A stretch of DNA of 64,000 nucleotides from a bacterium (lineage in GTDB: Bacteria; UBA8248): assembly GCA_965204535.1 (NCBI GenBank), contig CBDBEV010000001.1:2304001-2368000 (forward strand). The letters are read 5' to 3'. The position numbers and the translations under genes are program-made. The notes under the pieces are model-generated. The model did not search any database. It was not told the origin of the DNA and was given only the letters and a program-made list of their open reading frames with translations. The first letter of the stretch is position 1; each line of letters starts with the position of its first letter. Shown here in pieces: positions 27,218 through 36,965 of the stretch.

Positions 27218-28639
27218 ATGGCTTTCTGGCGAACGGGAACGAAAAGATATGATTACACCAAAGGCCCCATCGGGCGAGGCTTGGTGGTTCTCTCCCTGCC
27301 GATTTTCGCGGAACTGATTTCTTGGAACATCGATACGATTGTTGAAATTTACTGGGTGGGCCGATTGGGCTCGGATGCGCTCGGAGCGATGTCCTTGGGC
27401 TACATGATTCCCATGATGGTGAGAGCGGCGGGCATGGGAATTCGGGTGGCAGGCCAAGCGTTGGTTGCGCAAAGAGTTGGCGCGAATGATGAGGAAGGCG
27501 CTGCTATAATCGCGGGCCAATGCATTTTGCTTCAAACGCTCTTCTTCATTCCCTTATGCAGCGTGGGATATATCTTCTCACCTTATTTCATGGGGTGGAT
27601 GACGTCTGATCCAAGGCTTTTATACTTGTCGACGATATATCTTCGGGCCGGGTTTCTCATGCTTTTGTTCGTTGACGGTATATTCACTCTTGCAAATATA
27701 TTCCGTGGTGCGGGTGAACCAAAATATTCGCTTTTGGGGATGATTATCAATTCAGGCGTTACATTCATCGCCATGCCCGCTTTTATTTTTGGTTTCGGAT
27801 TGATCCCCCCGCTTCATCTGGCCGGCGCGTATTTCGGTTTAGGTATTGGCAGGCTGGCAGGTTCCGTCGTGATGCTGATCATTCTTTTCAAGGGGAATGC
27901 CAGAATACACCTGAAGTGGCGTCATCTGATTCCGCGGTCCTCTGAGATGAAGCGCATTCTGGGACTGGGTTGGCCTGCTTGGGGGCAAATGTTTTTTGAG
28001 AGAGGCGCGAACTTGGTATTGGTATGGATGCTTGCTCCGTTTGGCGCGCTGGCACTTGCAGCATGGGGCCTTGGCAGTCGTGTCAACAATATGGGAAGAA
28101 TGCCCGGATTTTCCCTCCAGGGGGCTGTTCGTACGATGGTGGGCCAAAATATCGGCGCGAGAAAACCTGAGAGGGCCATACGCAGCGCTTGGGTGACGTT
28201 AGGGGCGGTTGTTTCCATCATGGTTGTCGTCATTACAGGTTTCGTTGTTTGGAGTAAGGAAGTCGTTACTTTTTTCGGGATAAAAGGCGCCGCGTTGCCC
28301 CACGCGGTGATTTGTCTACAAGTTTTGTGTGTAGGCCTTGGATTTGAGGCTACGAGGCGTGTAGTAGCGGGAATATTTGAAGGATCGTCATCTACCAGGC
28401 CTCCCATGATCGTTGAAGCAATCGTTCGCTGGGTCGTGCAGTTGCCGGGTGCCTATATGCTGGCGGTTTGGATGGGATTACAGGAACTGGGAATTTGGTG
28501 GGCAGTGGCGGCGAGTCAGCTCATCGGTGGTTTGGCGTTGTTCTTGTGGTTTGCGATTGGTTGGCGGCGGCGTATGGAAAGTATGGCAACAAAGGCCAAG
28601 TCATCTGCGCGGTCAAATTTTGAGTTTCATTCCTCATGA
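27218..28639 (+). CDS. MATE efflux transporter
   Basis: DYTKGPI, many TM segments, MVGQNIGA. Confidence 0.9.
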   Translation: MAFWRTGTKRYDYTKGPIGRGLVVLSLPIFAELISWNIDTIVEIYWVGRLGSDALGAMSLGYMIPMMVRAAGMGIRVAGQALVAQRVGANDEEGAAIIAGQCILLQTLFFIPLCSVGYIFSPYFMGWMTSDPRLLYLSTIYLRAGFLMLLFVDGIFTLANIFRGAGEPKYSLLGMIINSGVTFIAMPAFIFGFGLIPPLHLAGAYFGLGIGRLAGSVVMLIILFKGNARIHLKWRHLIPRSSEMKRILGLGWPAWGQMFFERGANLVLVWMLAPFGALALAAWGLGSRVNNMGRMPGFSLQGAVRTMVGQNIGARKPERAIRSAWVTLGAVVSIMVVVITGFVVWSKEVVTFFGIKGAALPHAVICLQVLCVGLGFEATRRVVAGIFEGSSSTRPPMIVEAIVRWVVQLPGAYMLAVWMGLQELGIWWAVAASQLIGGLALFLWFAIGWRRRMESMATKAKSSARSNFEFHSS

Positions 28640-30012
28640 GACCCGAGAAGCGCTATGACTACACAAAAGGCTCAATTAGCCGTGGGCTGTTTCGCTTGGC
28701 TGTTCCCTCATGCCTGGAACCGATAGCCTGGAACGCCGACACACTCGTCGAAATCTTTTGGGTGGGGCGTTTGGGGCCCGAATATCTGGCAGCGGTGTCT
28801 TTGAGCTTTATGATCATCTTCTTTTTTCGTGCGATTGGTTTCGGCATCAGAATCGCGGGCAGCGCTTTGGTGGCACAGAGAATCGGAGCGAAAGAACCTG
28901 AACAAGCAAGCCACGCGGCAGGCCAAGCGTTTTTGCTTGCAGGCATCTATTACGTTGCCATCAGCATTCTGGGGTATATGCTGTCCTCGCATCTGCTTGG
29001 CCTTTTAACCTCTGACGCCAATGTGATGCGAGTTGGCGTTGGGTATTTGCAGGCATCGTTTCTCACCATCGCGTTCGTGGACGGTATTTTCACCGTCTCG
29101 CATATGTTGAAATCTTCCGGCGAACCTGGAAAGTCTCTGATCGGCCTTGGAGTTTCGACACTTTTGTCCATTACGTTCATCCCTCTCCTTGTTTTTGGTA
29201 TTGGGCCGTTGGCGGGGTTTGGACTTCCGGGTTCCGCCATTGGCATTGGAATAGGTCGCATCATTGGCATTTTTGTTGTTCTGTGGATTTTGACATCAGG
29301 ACATTCTCGCCTCCGTATCAGGTGGGTTCATCTCAAGCCCCATGCGCAAACCATGCGGCGCATCATTCATTTGGGATGGCCTGCAGCGGCACAAAATTTG
29401 CTTGAGCGCGGCGCTCTTCTCATATTACTGAAGATTTTGGCGTTGTTTGGGCCAGTGGTGTTAGCCGCATGGTCGATTGGAAATCGGCTAGGGACATTTT
29501 CACGATTGCCCGGTTTTGGAATTCAGTCCGCCGTCCGTACGATGGTGGGTCAAAACGTAGGCGCCAACCGGCCGGATCGGGCGCTAAAAAGCGTCTATCT
29601 TGCTATGGCTGGCTTGTTTGCCATTATGTGTGGCGTGACGTTTCTTTTGTATTTTTATGCAAGGGAAATTGTCTTGATCTTTGGAATGAAAAACGAGGGA
29701 ATCGATGTTGGTGTCATGTGTGTCCGTATACTCACCATCGGCACTTTGTTTGAAGCTATCCGGCGAATGTTGGCGGGTGCTTTTCAAGGAGCGGCGAACA
29801 CGAAGCCGCCTATGGTTGTGGAAGCCTTCATCCGGTGGGGTTTTCAGATCCCTCTTGCATATTTTGCCGCTTTGCCGTTGAGATTCGAAGCCTCTGGCGT
29901 ATGGGGCGCGATGACGATAAGTCATTTTATGGGTGGCGTATGCCTACTGGTTTGGTTCCTGGTTTGGAGCCGACGGAGAGGAATAGGCTCACATGCAGAA
30001 GCAAGATATTGA
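28636..30012 (+). CDS. MATE efflux transporter (tandem paralogue)
   Basis: Shares KRYDYTKG, VEI.WVGRLG, VRTMVGQN, PPM.VEA with the upstream gene. Confidence 0.9.
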   Translation: MRPEKRYDYTKGSISRGLFRLAVPSCLEPIAWNADTLVEIFWVGRLGPEYLAAVSLSFMIIFFFRAIGFGIRIAGSALVAQRIGAKEPEQASHAAGQAFLLAGIYYVAISILGYMLSSHLLGLLTSDANVMRVGVGYLQASFLTIAFVDGIFTVSHMLKSSGEPGKSLIGLGVSTLLSITFIPLLVFGIGPLAGFGLPGSAIGIGIGRIIGIFVVLWILTSGHSRLRIRWVHLKPHAQTMRRIIHLGWPAAAQNLLERGALLILLKILALFGPVVLAAWSIGNRLGTFSRLPGFGIQSAVRTMVGQNVGANRPDRALKSVYLAMAGLFAIMCGVTFLLYFYAREIVLIFGMKNEGIDVGVMCVRILTIGTLFEAIRRMLAGAFQGAANTKPPMVVEAFIRWGFQIPLAYFAALPLRFEASGVWGAMTISHFMGGVCLLVWFLVWSRRRGIGSHAEARY

Positions 30013-30227
30013 TGTTAAGCAAAATGGGTTTCGCATGGGATGCTGGGTCAACGACAACCGATGGCGGGTGCACCAATGAGGTTGTGGCAACTCCTCACTC
30101 GCGCACGGCTGAAAATCGGTAGTATATGTGTGTGGTAGATATGAATATATGGTGAGACAATTTGACATTGGATTTATTCTTCACCTTGAAACTGGCTGGC
30201 ATAAAAGATGTTGAAAGCGAGAGACTC

Positions 30228-32597
30228 ATGAGCCGCAAAAAGGTTTGTCTTTATTCCATCTTGGTGATTTTGTTTTTTCTCTCATCTCTAGCATATGTGG
30301 CGGATGTTGCTTCAAGCGAAACAACAGAATCAAATGATTGGGCGATCGTTTTGCAAGATGCGACCCGATATATTCAAGGTGAAGGGAAAACACCAACTCT
30401 CACTCAGGGATATTTGTCCCTGGTGCGGCAAGTCCGCTCACGGGCATATGATGTTAAAACAAGATCCCAACAAGTACTCCTCCAGTCTGAAAAGTTACTC
30501 AATGCGATTGGCCCTCCTCCCGGAAAGGATAGCCCGCCAGAGGCGAGTGAAATAGCCGACAAAAGAGAGCGATACAAACGTCAAGTTACAACTGCCCGAG
30601 CGCGCATCGCTGAGGCTGACTTGGCCATTGTTCGTGCTGCGGAGTTGGAAGAATCTTTCTCCCGAGAGAGGTTCGAGCGGCTTTTGGGAGAAATTTACCG
30701 ACGTACGCCGATACCTATCGCACCGGGCGTGCTCGCAAAGGGCGTGCCGGCGATTGCGGTTGAAGTTCGAAGTATTCTCCGTTCTCCAGGGGATTGGTTC
30801 GCAAAACTACCTCCTGGAATTGGTGCCACCGCTGTATTTCTGCCCGGGATAGTGGTTTTGATTCTAGGCTTGTTTGTTGGGTGGGGAATACGGCGGAGCA
30901 TTTTGAGCATGTTCGGCCGCGACACCGGAATATTGGAGCCCTCATATGCGCGTAGGTTTAGCTCCGCCATCGCAGATGGCGTTGGCAACAGCATTTTGCC
31001 GGGAGCGGTTTTAGCAGCTCTTTATATATGGGTGACTCGACCGGGTGCTTTGGTGAGCGGTCTGTTTGCAGAAGCGCTCACGTCTTTTATTTTGGTCATT
31101 TTGTTATTTTGTTTGGTTGTTGCGTTTGTGAGGTCTTTTCTCTCCCCCGGTCAACCGGCTTGGCGGCTCACAGGACAATCTTCAGAGAATGCGCAAAGTG
31201 CTTATCGCTTGATTTTTCTTCTTGCGGCTGTTTTCTCAATCGACATGCTTTTTTCAAATCTTTGGGGCGAGGAGGGAGTTTCCGCTGATGCAGCGTCTAT
31301 ATATTCAGCGGTGTTTGGCACTCTGGAGGGCTGGATTTTTTTGAGGCTGGCACGAGAAGAACTCTGGCGAACTGAAACGTCTCAAGAGGGTGAAATCCCG
31401 CAGGAAGGACAGGCCTGGAAATTCACATGTCGCACAGCAAGAGTGCTTGCGCTAATCGGCATTGCGGCGTTGTTTGTCGGATATGGCGCTTTTGGCAAAC
31501 GGCTTCTCACAAGCCTTATTTGGACTGGTCTTTTGCTGTGGATAGTAGTTCTGTTGCGTGGCCTCATCCACGAATTGGTATCCTGGTCGACTAAATCCGA
31601 ATCCATACCAGACAAACTCCATATTCCTTCCCGCATGATTGAAAGATTCCGTTCCTGGTGGCGAGTCATTGTCGATCCTGTTGTTTTCCTTTGCGGCATC
31701 CTCATTATCGTGCCTGTTTGGGGAGTGCCGCCGGGTGATCTGATTCGCTGGACGCTCCAGGTATTATCCGGGTTCCAGGTGGGGAGCATTCGCATCTCTA
31801 TCATCGATATTTTCCTGGCTATCGCCGTATTCTTTTTCGCCATGGCCGGAGCAAGGTTCCTGCAAAGGCAGTTGTCCGAGCGGATTCTGGAGCAGACGAG
31901 TTTGCCTGCAGGTATACGCCACTCCCTGAATGCAGGGTTCGGTTATGCGGGTGTAATCATTGCGGCGTTATTGAGTATTTCGGTGACGGGAATCGATCTC
32001 TCGAACCTTGCGCTGGTTGTCAGCGCGCTCTCGGTGGGGATCGGTTTCGGACTGCAAAATGTGGTGAATAACTTTATTTCCGGTTTGATACTTTTGGTCG
32101 AAAGACCCATTAAGGTTGGAGATTGGGTGCGCGTGGGCAGCGATGAGGGAATCGTGAAAAAGATACAGTTTCGCGCAACGGAGCTTGAAACTTGGCAACG
32201 CGCTTCGGTCATAATTCCGAATGCTGAGATTATTTCGACATCGGTCACGAATCTAACGCATCGCGATCAATATGGCCGTGTGGAAGTCGGGGTTGGTGTG
32301 GCGTATGGCTCTGATGTGGAGAAAGTTCGAGAGATTTTATTAGATGTCGCCGAGAAAAACCATCAGGTAAGTCGACAGCCCGTACCCACCGTCGTGTTTC
32401 GTGATTTTGGCGCAAGCAGCTTGGATTTCGAGTTGCGGTGCTTTACTCCGAGTGTGATGAGCCGATTGGGGGTCGCGAGTGATTTAAGATTCGAGATTGA
32501 ACGTCGGCTTCGAGAAGAGGGTATCGAAATACCCTTTCCGCAAAGAGTGGTTCACCTCACGAATCCGGAGGAAAATGACCCGGAAAAAGAATCGTAA
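30228..32597 (+). CDS. Large MscS-family mechanosensitive channel (DUF3772-type N-terminus)
   Basis: LSVGIGFGLQNVVNNFISGLILLVERPIKVGDW, GVAYGSD, IEIPFPQR. Confidence 0.92.
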   Translation: MSRKKVCLYSILVILFFLSSLAYVADVASSETTESNDWAIVLQDATRYIQGEGKTPTLTQGYLSLVRQVRSRAYDVKTRSQQVLLQSEKLLNAIGPPPGKDSPPEASEIADKRERYKRQVTTARARIAEADLAIVRAAELEESFSRERFERLLGEIYRRTPIPIAPGVLAKGVPAIAVEVRSILRSPGDWFAKLPPGIGATAVFLPGIVVLILGLFVGWGIRRSILSMFGRDTGILEPSYARRFSSAIADGVGNSILPGAVLAALYIWVTRPGALVSGLFAEALTSFILVILLFCLVVAFVRSFLSPGQPAWRLTGQSSENAQSAYRLIFLLAAVFSIDMLFSNLWGEEGVSADAASIYSAVFGTLEGWIFLRLAREELWRTETSQEGEIPQEGQAWKFTCRTARVLALIGIAALFVGYGAFGKRLLTSLIWTGLLLWIVVLLRGLIHELVSWSTKSESIPDKLHIPSRMIERFRSWWRVIVDPVVFLCGILIIVPVWGVPPGDLIRWTLQVLSGFQVGSIRISIIDIFLAIAVFFFAMAGARFLQRQLSERILEQTSLPAGIRHSLNAGFGYAGVIIAALLSISVTGIDLSNLALVVSALSVGIGFGLQNVVNNFISGLILLVERPIKVGDWVRVGSDEGIVKKIQFRATELETWQRASVIIPNAEIISTSVTNLTHRDQYGRVEVGVGVAYGSDVEKVREILLDVAEKNHQVSRQPVPTVVFRDFGASSLDFELRCFTPSVMSRLGVASDLRFEIERRLREEGIEIPFPQRVVHLTNPEENDPEKES

Positions 32598-32599
32598 GA

Positions 32600-33616
32600 T
32601 TATTTGTACGTGTAGGGTTTGGGCTCCGGCTTTTGGCCGACCTTGTTTCTCATGACTCCCAGCGGCCCCATGTCAATTTCTACTGTATCCCCTGGTTGAA
32701 TCCAGCGCTCCATTTCCATTCCGCATCCTCCGGGGACGGTGCCTGATCCCATCAGATCTCCCGTGACTAGGTTCTCGTCCCTGGCGGTGTAGGCGATGAT
32801 TTGAGAGAAAGTCCAATACATCTCTCCGGGCGTGGTTTCCACCCACGTTTCTCCGTTGACCCTCGCGGCCATGGGAATGTTTTTCGGGTCGCCAACTTCA
32901 TCGGGTGTGGCTATCCAGGGCCCAAGGCTCCAGCACCAGTCCTTGCTCTTGTATGGCCCGGTTCCCATCGCCATTTCGCCCCCCTGCGCGTCCCGGGCGC
33001 TCCAGTCGTTTAGTATTGAATAACCGAAGATGTGTTCATGCGCATCTTCTTCTGAAATATCCCGCCCCGGCACGCCGATCACACAGCAGAATTCGAGTTC
33101 GAAATCCATTTTCTCGGTAAAGCTGGGCCAGGGGACTTCCTCCTCGGGCCCGGCCATATGGGCGCAACTCGCCTTGAAAGCAAGGGGACGCTCGTACCAG
33201 ATTTTGGGAATTTCAAGGTTCATCACCTCGAATGTTTTTTTGAGATGGCGTTCGAAACCGGCAAAGCCGCGAATCAGCGGGGGTTGTTTGATGGGAGCGA
33301 GCAGCCGGGCTTCGCTCGGCGCATAGATGATTTGCTCCCCGCGAGGGCCGGTAGCGTCTTCATGCTCGAGTGCATATTCGAGCGCTTCTTCAGCGGCTTC
33401 GATGCCGCCTTTGCCCGATGCCGCGATGGCCAGCATGTCGGAAGGAATGAGGGCGTCCGCCATGGCTTGGGGTCGTGAGGAGCCACGCTGTTTGAACTTG
33501 GCCGCCGCTGCGAAATTGAGGTCGACGTATCGGAGGTTATCGCCTTCGGATACAACGGCGCCCAGACGATCGAATGGGCCTACAGGTGTTTGCACTTCAA
33601 AGGTGCAGAATTTCAT
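32600..33616 (-). CDS. Fumarylacetoacetate hydrolase family protein
   Basis: DFELE, NDWSARD, KSKD, GSGT. Confidence 0.9.
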   Translation of the reverse strand: MKFCTFEVQTPVGPFDRLGAVVSEGDNLRYVDLNFAAAAKFKQRGSSRPQAMADALIPSDMLAIAASGKGGIEAAEEALEYALEHEDATGPRGEQIIYAPSEARLLAPIKQPPLIRGFAGFERHLKKTFEVMNLEIPKIWYERPLAFKASCAHMAGPEEEVPWPSFTEKMDFELEFCCVIGVPGRDISEEDAHEHIFGYSILNDWSARDAQGGEMAMGTGPYKSKDWCWSLGPWIATPDEVGDPKNIPMAARVNGETWVETTPGEMYWTFSQIIAYTARDENLVTGDLMGSGTVPGGCGMEMERWIQPGDTVEIDMGPLGVMRNKVGQKPEPKPYTYK

Positions 33617-33662
33617 GGCTTCTCTCCGGGTTGATTTAGTAAATGGTGTCCATTTCTACTTA

Positions 33663-34184
33663 TTACAAATCGACTTTGTCCCGCTCATCTGTTTCCGGGA
33701 AAGGGCCTTCCTTTATTTCGATGACCTTTGAATCATCTTCCAAGAATTCAACTTCATGACCCTCGTACATCAGTATGAGGTCGTCACGGTGTAGAATAGC
33801 ATCGCCTAGATTTTCCCCTTCTTTGGTAAATACGCCGACTCGAACCTTCCCGCGTTGACACAAAAGAATTTGGTGTCGTGTGGTATTCGCGGTCCTGTCT
33901 TCCACCACGTGATAATGCGCTTTGGTTATCGCGCCTTTGGGTCTGTTCAAGACGATGATTTGCAGGGGCACGTCATCATCTGTCATATGAGCTTTGGTGT
34001 TGCGTTCCACTTCGATGTCCTGACCAGCGTATGCAGTTCGGATGTGTTCTTTCGCTTCCTCAGTGTCCAGATAGGGAGGAAACTTGGCGTAATCGTTGAA
34101 ATCTCCTTTGATGTGGATGGCAATGATGCGTCCATCTGAGGCCTTGTAATAATTCACGCTTTTAGAATCAACTTCTAAAGACAT
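33663..34184 (-). CDS. Hypothetical cupin-like protein
   Basis: AHYH...Q...GHEV...EIKEGP pattern. Confidence 0.6.
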   Translation of the reverse strand: MSLEVDSKSVNYYKASDGRIIAIHIKGDFNDYAKFPPYLDTEEAKEHIRTAYAGQDIEVERNTKAHMTDDDVPLQIIVLNRPKGAITKAHYHVVEDRTANTTRHQILLCQRGKVRVGVFTKEGENLGDAILHRDDLILMYEGHEVEFLEDDSKVIEIKEGPFPETDERDKVDL

Positions 34185-34257
34185 AATTTTCCTCGGAAGT
34201 GAGTAGAATCAAAGAAACGCCAACTGAGCATGAATAAAAAATAGTCGCTCAAGGGTA

Positions 34258-35142
34258 TCACAAATTCAATTTTGTGATCTTCATATGAAAATCAAGCGGA
34301 GGGGCGGAGCGGACAAGCGAACTGGTGGAGATGTAGTCCACCCCCGTCTCCGCAATGCTACGAATGTCGGTGTCGCCGATTCCGGAGGCCTCAAGCTCAT
34401 AGGGTTTTAGAGTTTTTGAGGCGATGCCAACCTCCCGGATTCGGGAAACGGCATTTTGGAGGCTTTCGATATCCATGTTATCGAGCAGAATCATGTGCAC
34501 TCGTCCGTCTTCGATGACTTCTTCCAGTTGGGCCAGATTTTGCACTTCGATTTGAGTTTCCGTCATGTAGCGGTTACCGAATTGTCTGTCGATGGCGGCG
34601 GGGATGGAACCAGCGGCAACGATGTCGTTGTCCTTTATCATTTCCCCGTCAAAAACCCCCAAGCGGTGATTCCGCCCGCCGCCTGCCCGGACCGCGTATT
34701 TTTCAAAAAAACGCAAGCCTGGACGATTTTTCCTGGTATCGATGATGCCCTTGAGAGTTTCGGGGAAGCCCCCGAAGCGGGCCAATGTATTTGCTGTGTG
34801 CGTGGCGATTTCAGAGATATGCGAAAGGAGATTTAGTGCGGTGCGCTCCGCCTTCAAGATGGTCTGGGTATGGCCGGAAATGTGCGCCAGAAGTTCGCCT
34901 TTGGAAATTCTGGCTCCTTCATCTTTCAACCAGTTGACCCCGGGCAATTGACTTTTCCCAAGAGCCAAAAGGTTTTGGGTTTCCTCCAGTATGAGAAGGA
35001 AAAACGGAGAACCTGCGAGAATGGCATCGCTTTTCGAGCGCAACTCGGCCATACACAAGGGATCTTCTTCAGGGTCGTACTGGAGGGGAGCGCTCCCAAA
35101 ATCCTCCAGGAGCCATTCGCGGACTTTAGAGCGGATATCCAT
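34258..35142 (-). CDS. nadC: Quinolinate phosphoribosyltransferase
   Basis: ERTALN, DTRK, EKYAVRAGGGRNHRLG, MIKDN, LLDNM, EASG. Confidence 0.9.
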   Translation of the reverse strand: MDIRSKVREWLLEDFGSAPLQYDPEEDPLCMAELRSKSDAILAGSPFFLLILEETQNLLALGKSQLPGVNWLKDEGARISKGELLAHISGHTQTILKAERTALNLLSHISEIATHTANTLARFGGFPETLKGIIDTRKNRPGLRFFEKYAVRAGGGRNHRLGVFDGEMIKDNDIVAAGSIPAAIDRQFGNRYMTETQIEVQNLAQLEEVIEDGRVHMILLDNMDIESLQNAVSRIREVGIASKTLKPYELEASGIGDTDIRSIAETGVDYISTSSLVRSAPPLDFHMKITKLNL

Positions 35143-35159
35143 ATCTAGAGGTGTTTGGT

Positions 35160-36272
35160 TTATACGATTTCGAGCATACGCTCGATGGGTATTCGCGCGC
35201 GCCGAGCCAGTTCCGAGTCCACGGTAATTTCGTGTTTTAGATCCCGCAGGCATTCATACAGGTTTTGTAATGTGTTTTGTTTCATGTAGGCGCAAAGAGC
35301 TTCACGGCTCGCAGGAATCAGGGTTTTGCCCGGAACCGCCTTGGACATGGGATGGAGGTTCCCGACCTCGGTAGCCACAATGACTTCCGAATGAGGCACT
35401 TCCTCTACCAACTTAATCATGCCCTGAGTCGAACGGAACTGGAGCATATCTTCGGGCACGATGCCATCGTTTACTTGCCGCATGCAGGCGCTTGTGCATC
35501 CGCACTCAGGGTGAACCACCGTGATAGCTTCAGGATGTAGTTGTTGCTGCTCCAGAACATGGTGCGGGCGAATCCTCTCATGTACATGGCACGCACCCAT
35601 CATGAGATGGAGTCGCTCCAGAGAATGGCCTTTACTCTCCAGTAGCTTGGCTGCGTAGAAACCCAAGAAGACGTCGGGTAAAAACAGAATGGGTTGTTCG
35701 GGCCTTGAGTTTTCAAGAATGTGGAGGGTGACTTTGCCTGCATTGGCGGACGCACAACAGTAATCGCTCTCGGCTTTTACCTCGAGATACGTGTTTACAT
35801 AACTGATGACGATTCCGGCTGGATGCGCTTTTTTCCAGTCTCGAATTTTATTAACGTCAGCATGAGCGGCCAAAGAGCAGAGTGCATCGAGGCTGGGGGC
35901 CAAAACGGTTTGATGGGGTTTCTTGAGCGCGGCTAAAATCTGATTCATGAATAACACGGAAGGTTCGACGAGATAGTCTGCGTCCGAGGTGGCACCTTGT
36001 TGGGCCAGGAACAAAGAATCACCGATGACATCGGATACGTCCTGAATATCTCTTGGCACGTAATTGTGTGTCAGGATGAGAGCGTTTCTCTCTTTCTTGA
36101 GGCGCCTGACCTCACCTTGCAGAAATTTTCTTTTCTCTTCCGTGATGTTCTCAGGATGAGCGTTTGCGGGGATTTCAGGAACATCAATGGAAGGTCCGAG
36201 GTCAGCTTGGTCCATCAAAGCGATGGCATCTTTTGCAGGAAGGATGTCACCAGCTTCAATATCTAAAATCAT
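35160..36272 (-). CDS. nadA: Quinolinate synthase
   Basis: LILTHNY, GDSL, CSLA, YVNT, CHVH, HPEC, CAYMK. Confidence 0.92.
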   Translation of the reverse strand: MILDIEAGDILPAKDAIALMDQADLGPSIDVPEIPANAHPENITEEKRKFLQGEVRRLKKERNALILTHNYVPRDIQDVSDVIGDSLFLAQQGATSDADYLVEPSVLFMNQILAALKKPHQTVLAPSLDALCSLAAHADVNKIRDWKKAHPAGIVISYVNTYLEVKAESDYCCASANAGKVTLHILENSRPEQPILFLPDVFLGFYAAKLLESKGHSLERLHLMMGACHVHERIRPHHVLEQQQLHPEAITVVHPECGCTSACMRQVNDGIVPEDMLQFRSTQGMIKLVEEVPHSEVIVATEVGNLHPMSKAVPGKTLIPASREALCAYMKQNTLQNLYECLRDLKHEITVDSELARRARIPIERMLEIV

Positions 36273-36736
36273 TTGAAACTCCACTAATTTGGATGTCGTA
36301 AAGATACGTTTATTGCTACTAGGTAAGCTGCTTGCTCGCTTGCGCAAAAAATCACAAGCTGAAGCAAAAAATCATAAACCTCATTAAATTAACAGTTCGA
36401 CTCCTGATGAATAATACATGATACGGGACATGGAATCTCCTACCCCTTCCTCCTCTTATTATTCCAGTCTTGAGGAAATAAGTAAAATGGAAATATGGAA
36501 AAAGACGATTATTCCTTGCCGGGGAGTATAGTTTTTGTTAGGTTTCGTATCTGTAATTTCTGTTTTGGGTCATTGAAGAGACAGGGCGTCGGAATCGTCT
36601 CCCTGTATAGTAGTTCGAATCGCGGGTCGCCGAGCGAGACGACTCGTTTTTTTATTTGTATGAGCCAAAATTCAACGCGCCTCCTTCACCTGTAGTCATT
36701 TTGCTTGAGAAGCCGGGGTGATTTGAGGAATCCATC

Positions 36737-36931
36737 ATGAGCCGTGGTGTGATTTGGCTGTTGGGCACATTGCTTTTGTCTGGGCTTTTCATTTTTGCAC
36801 TAAGTGGGATCTGCTCGAATGCGTCGATTTTTCCATCACTAACTGGATATTTTTGTCCGAAACCCCGGATGAAATTGATAACTGTTCCGCAGAATCCTGC
36901 GTCCAAAGGGGTGGAACAGAAAAACAACTGA
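36737..36931 (+). CDS. Small hypothetical membrane/secreted protein
   Basis: GAGG RBS; hydrophobic N-terminus; directly upstream of the MmgE/PrpD gene. Confidence 0.45.
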   Translation: MSRGVIWLLGTLLLSGLFIFALSGICSNASIFPSLTGYFCPKPRMKLITVPQNPASKGVEQKNN

Positions 36932-36965
36932 TCGATTGTGAAAGATTTTACAGAAAGGTGAGGTT

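Noticed and set aside
27218-30012. Tandem MATE pair as a novel system
   Set aside because: Tandem transporter duplications are common and nothing else distinguishes this one.
36273-36480. NAD-sensing riboswitch upstream of nadA, and absence of nadB
   Set aside because: No match to the nadA motif as I recall it; nadB is often unlinked, so its absence here is uninformative.
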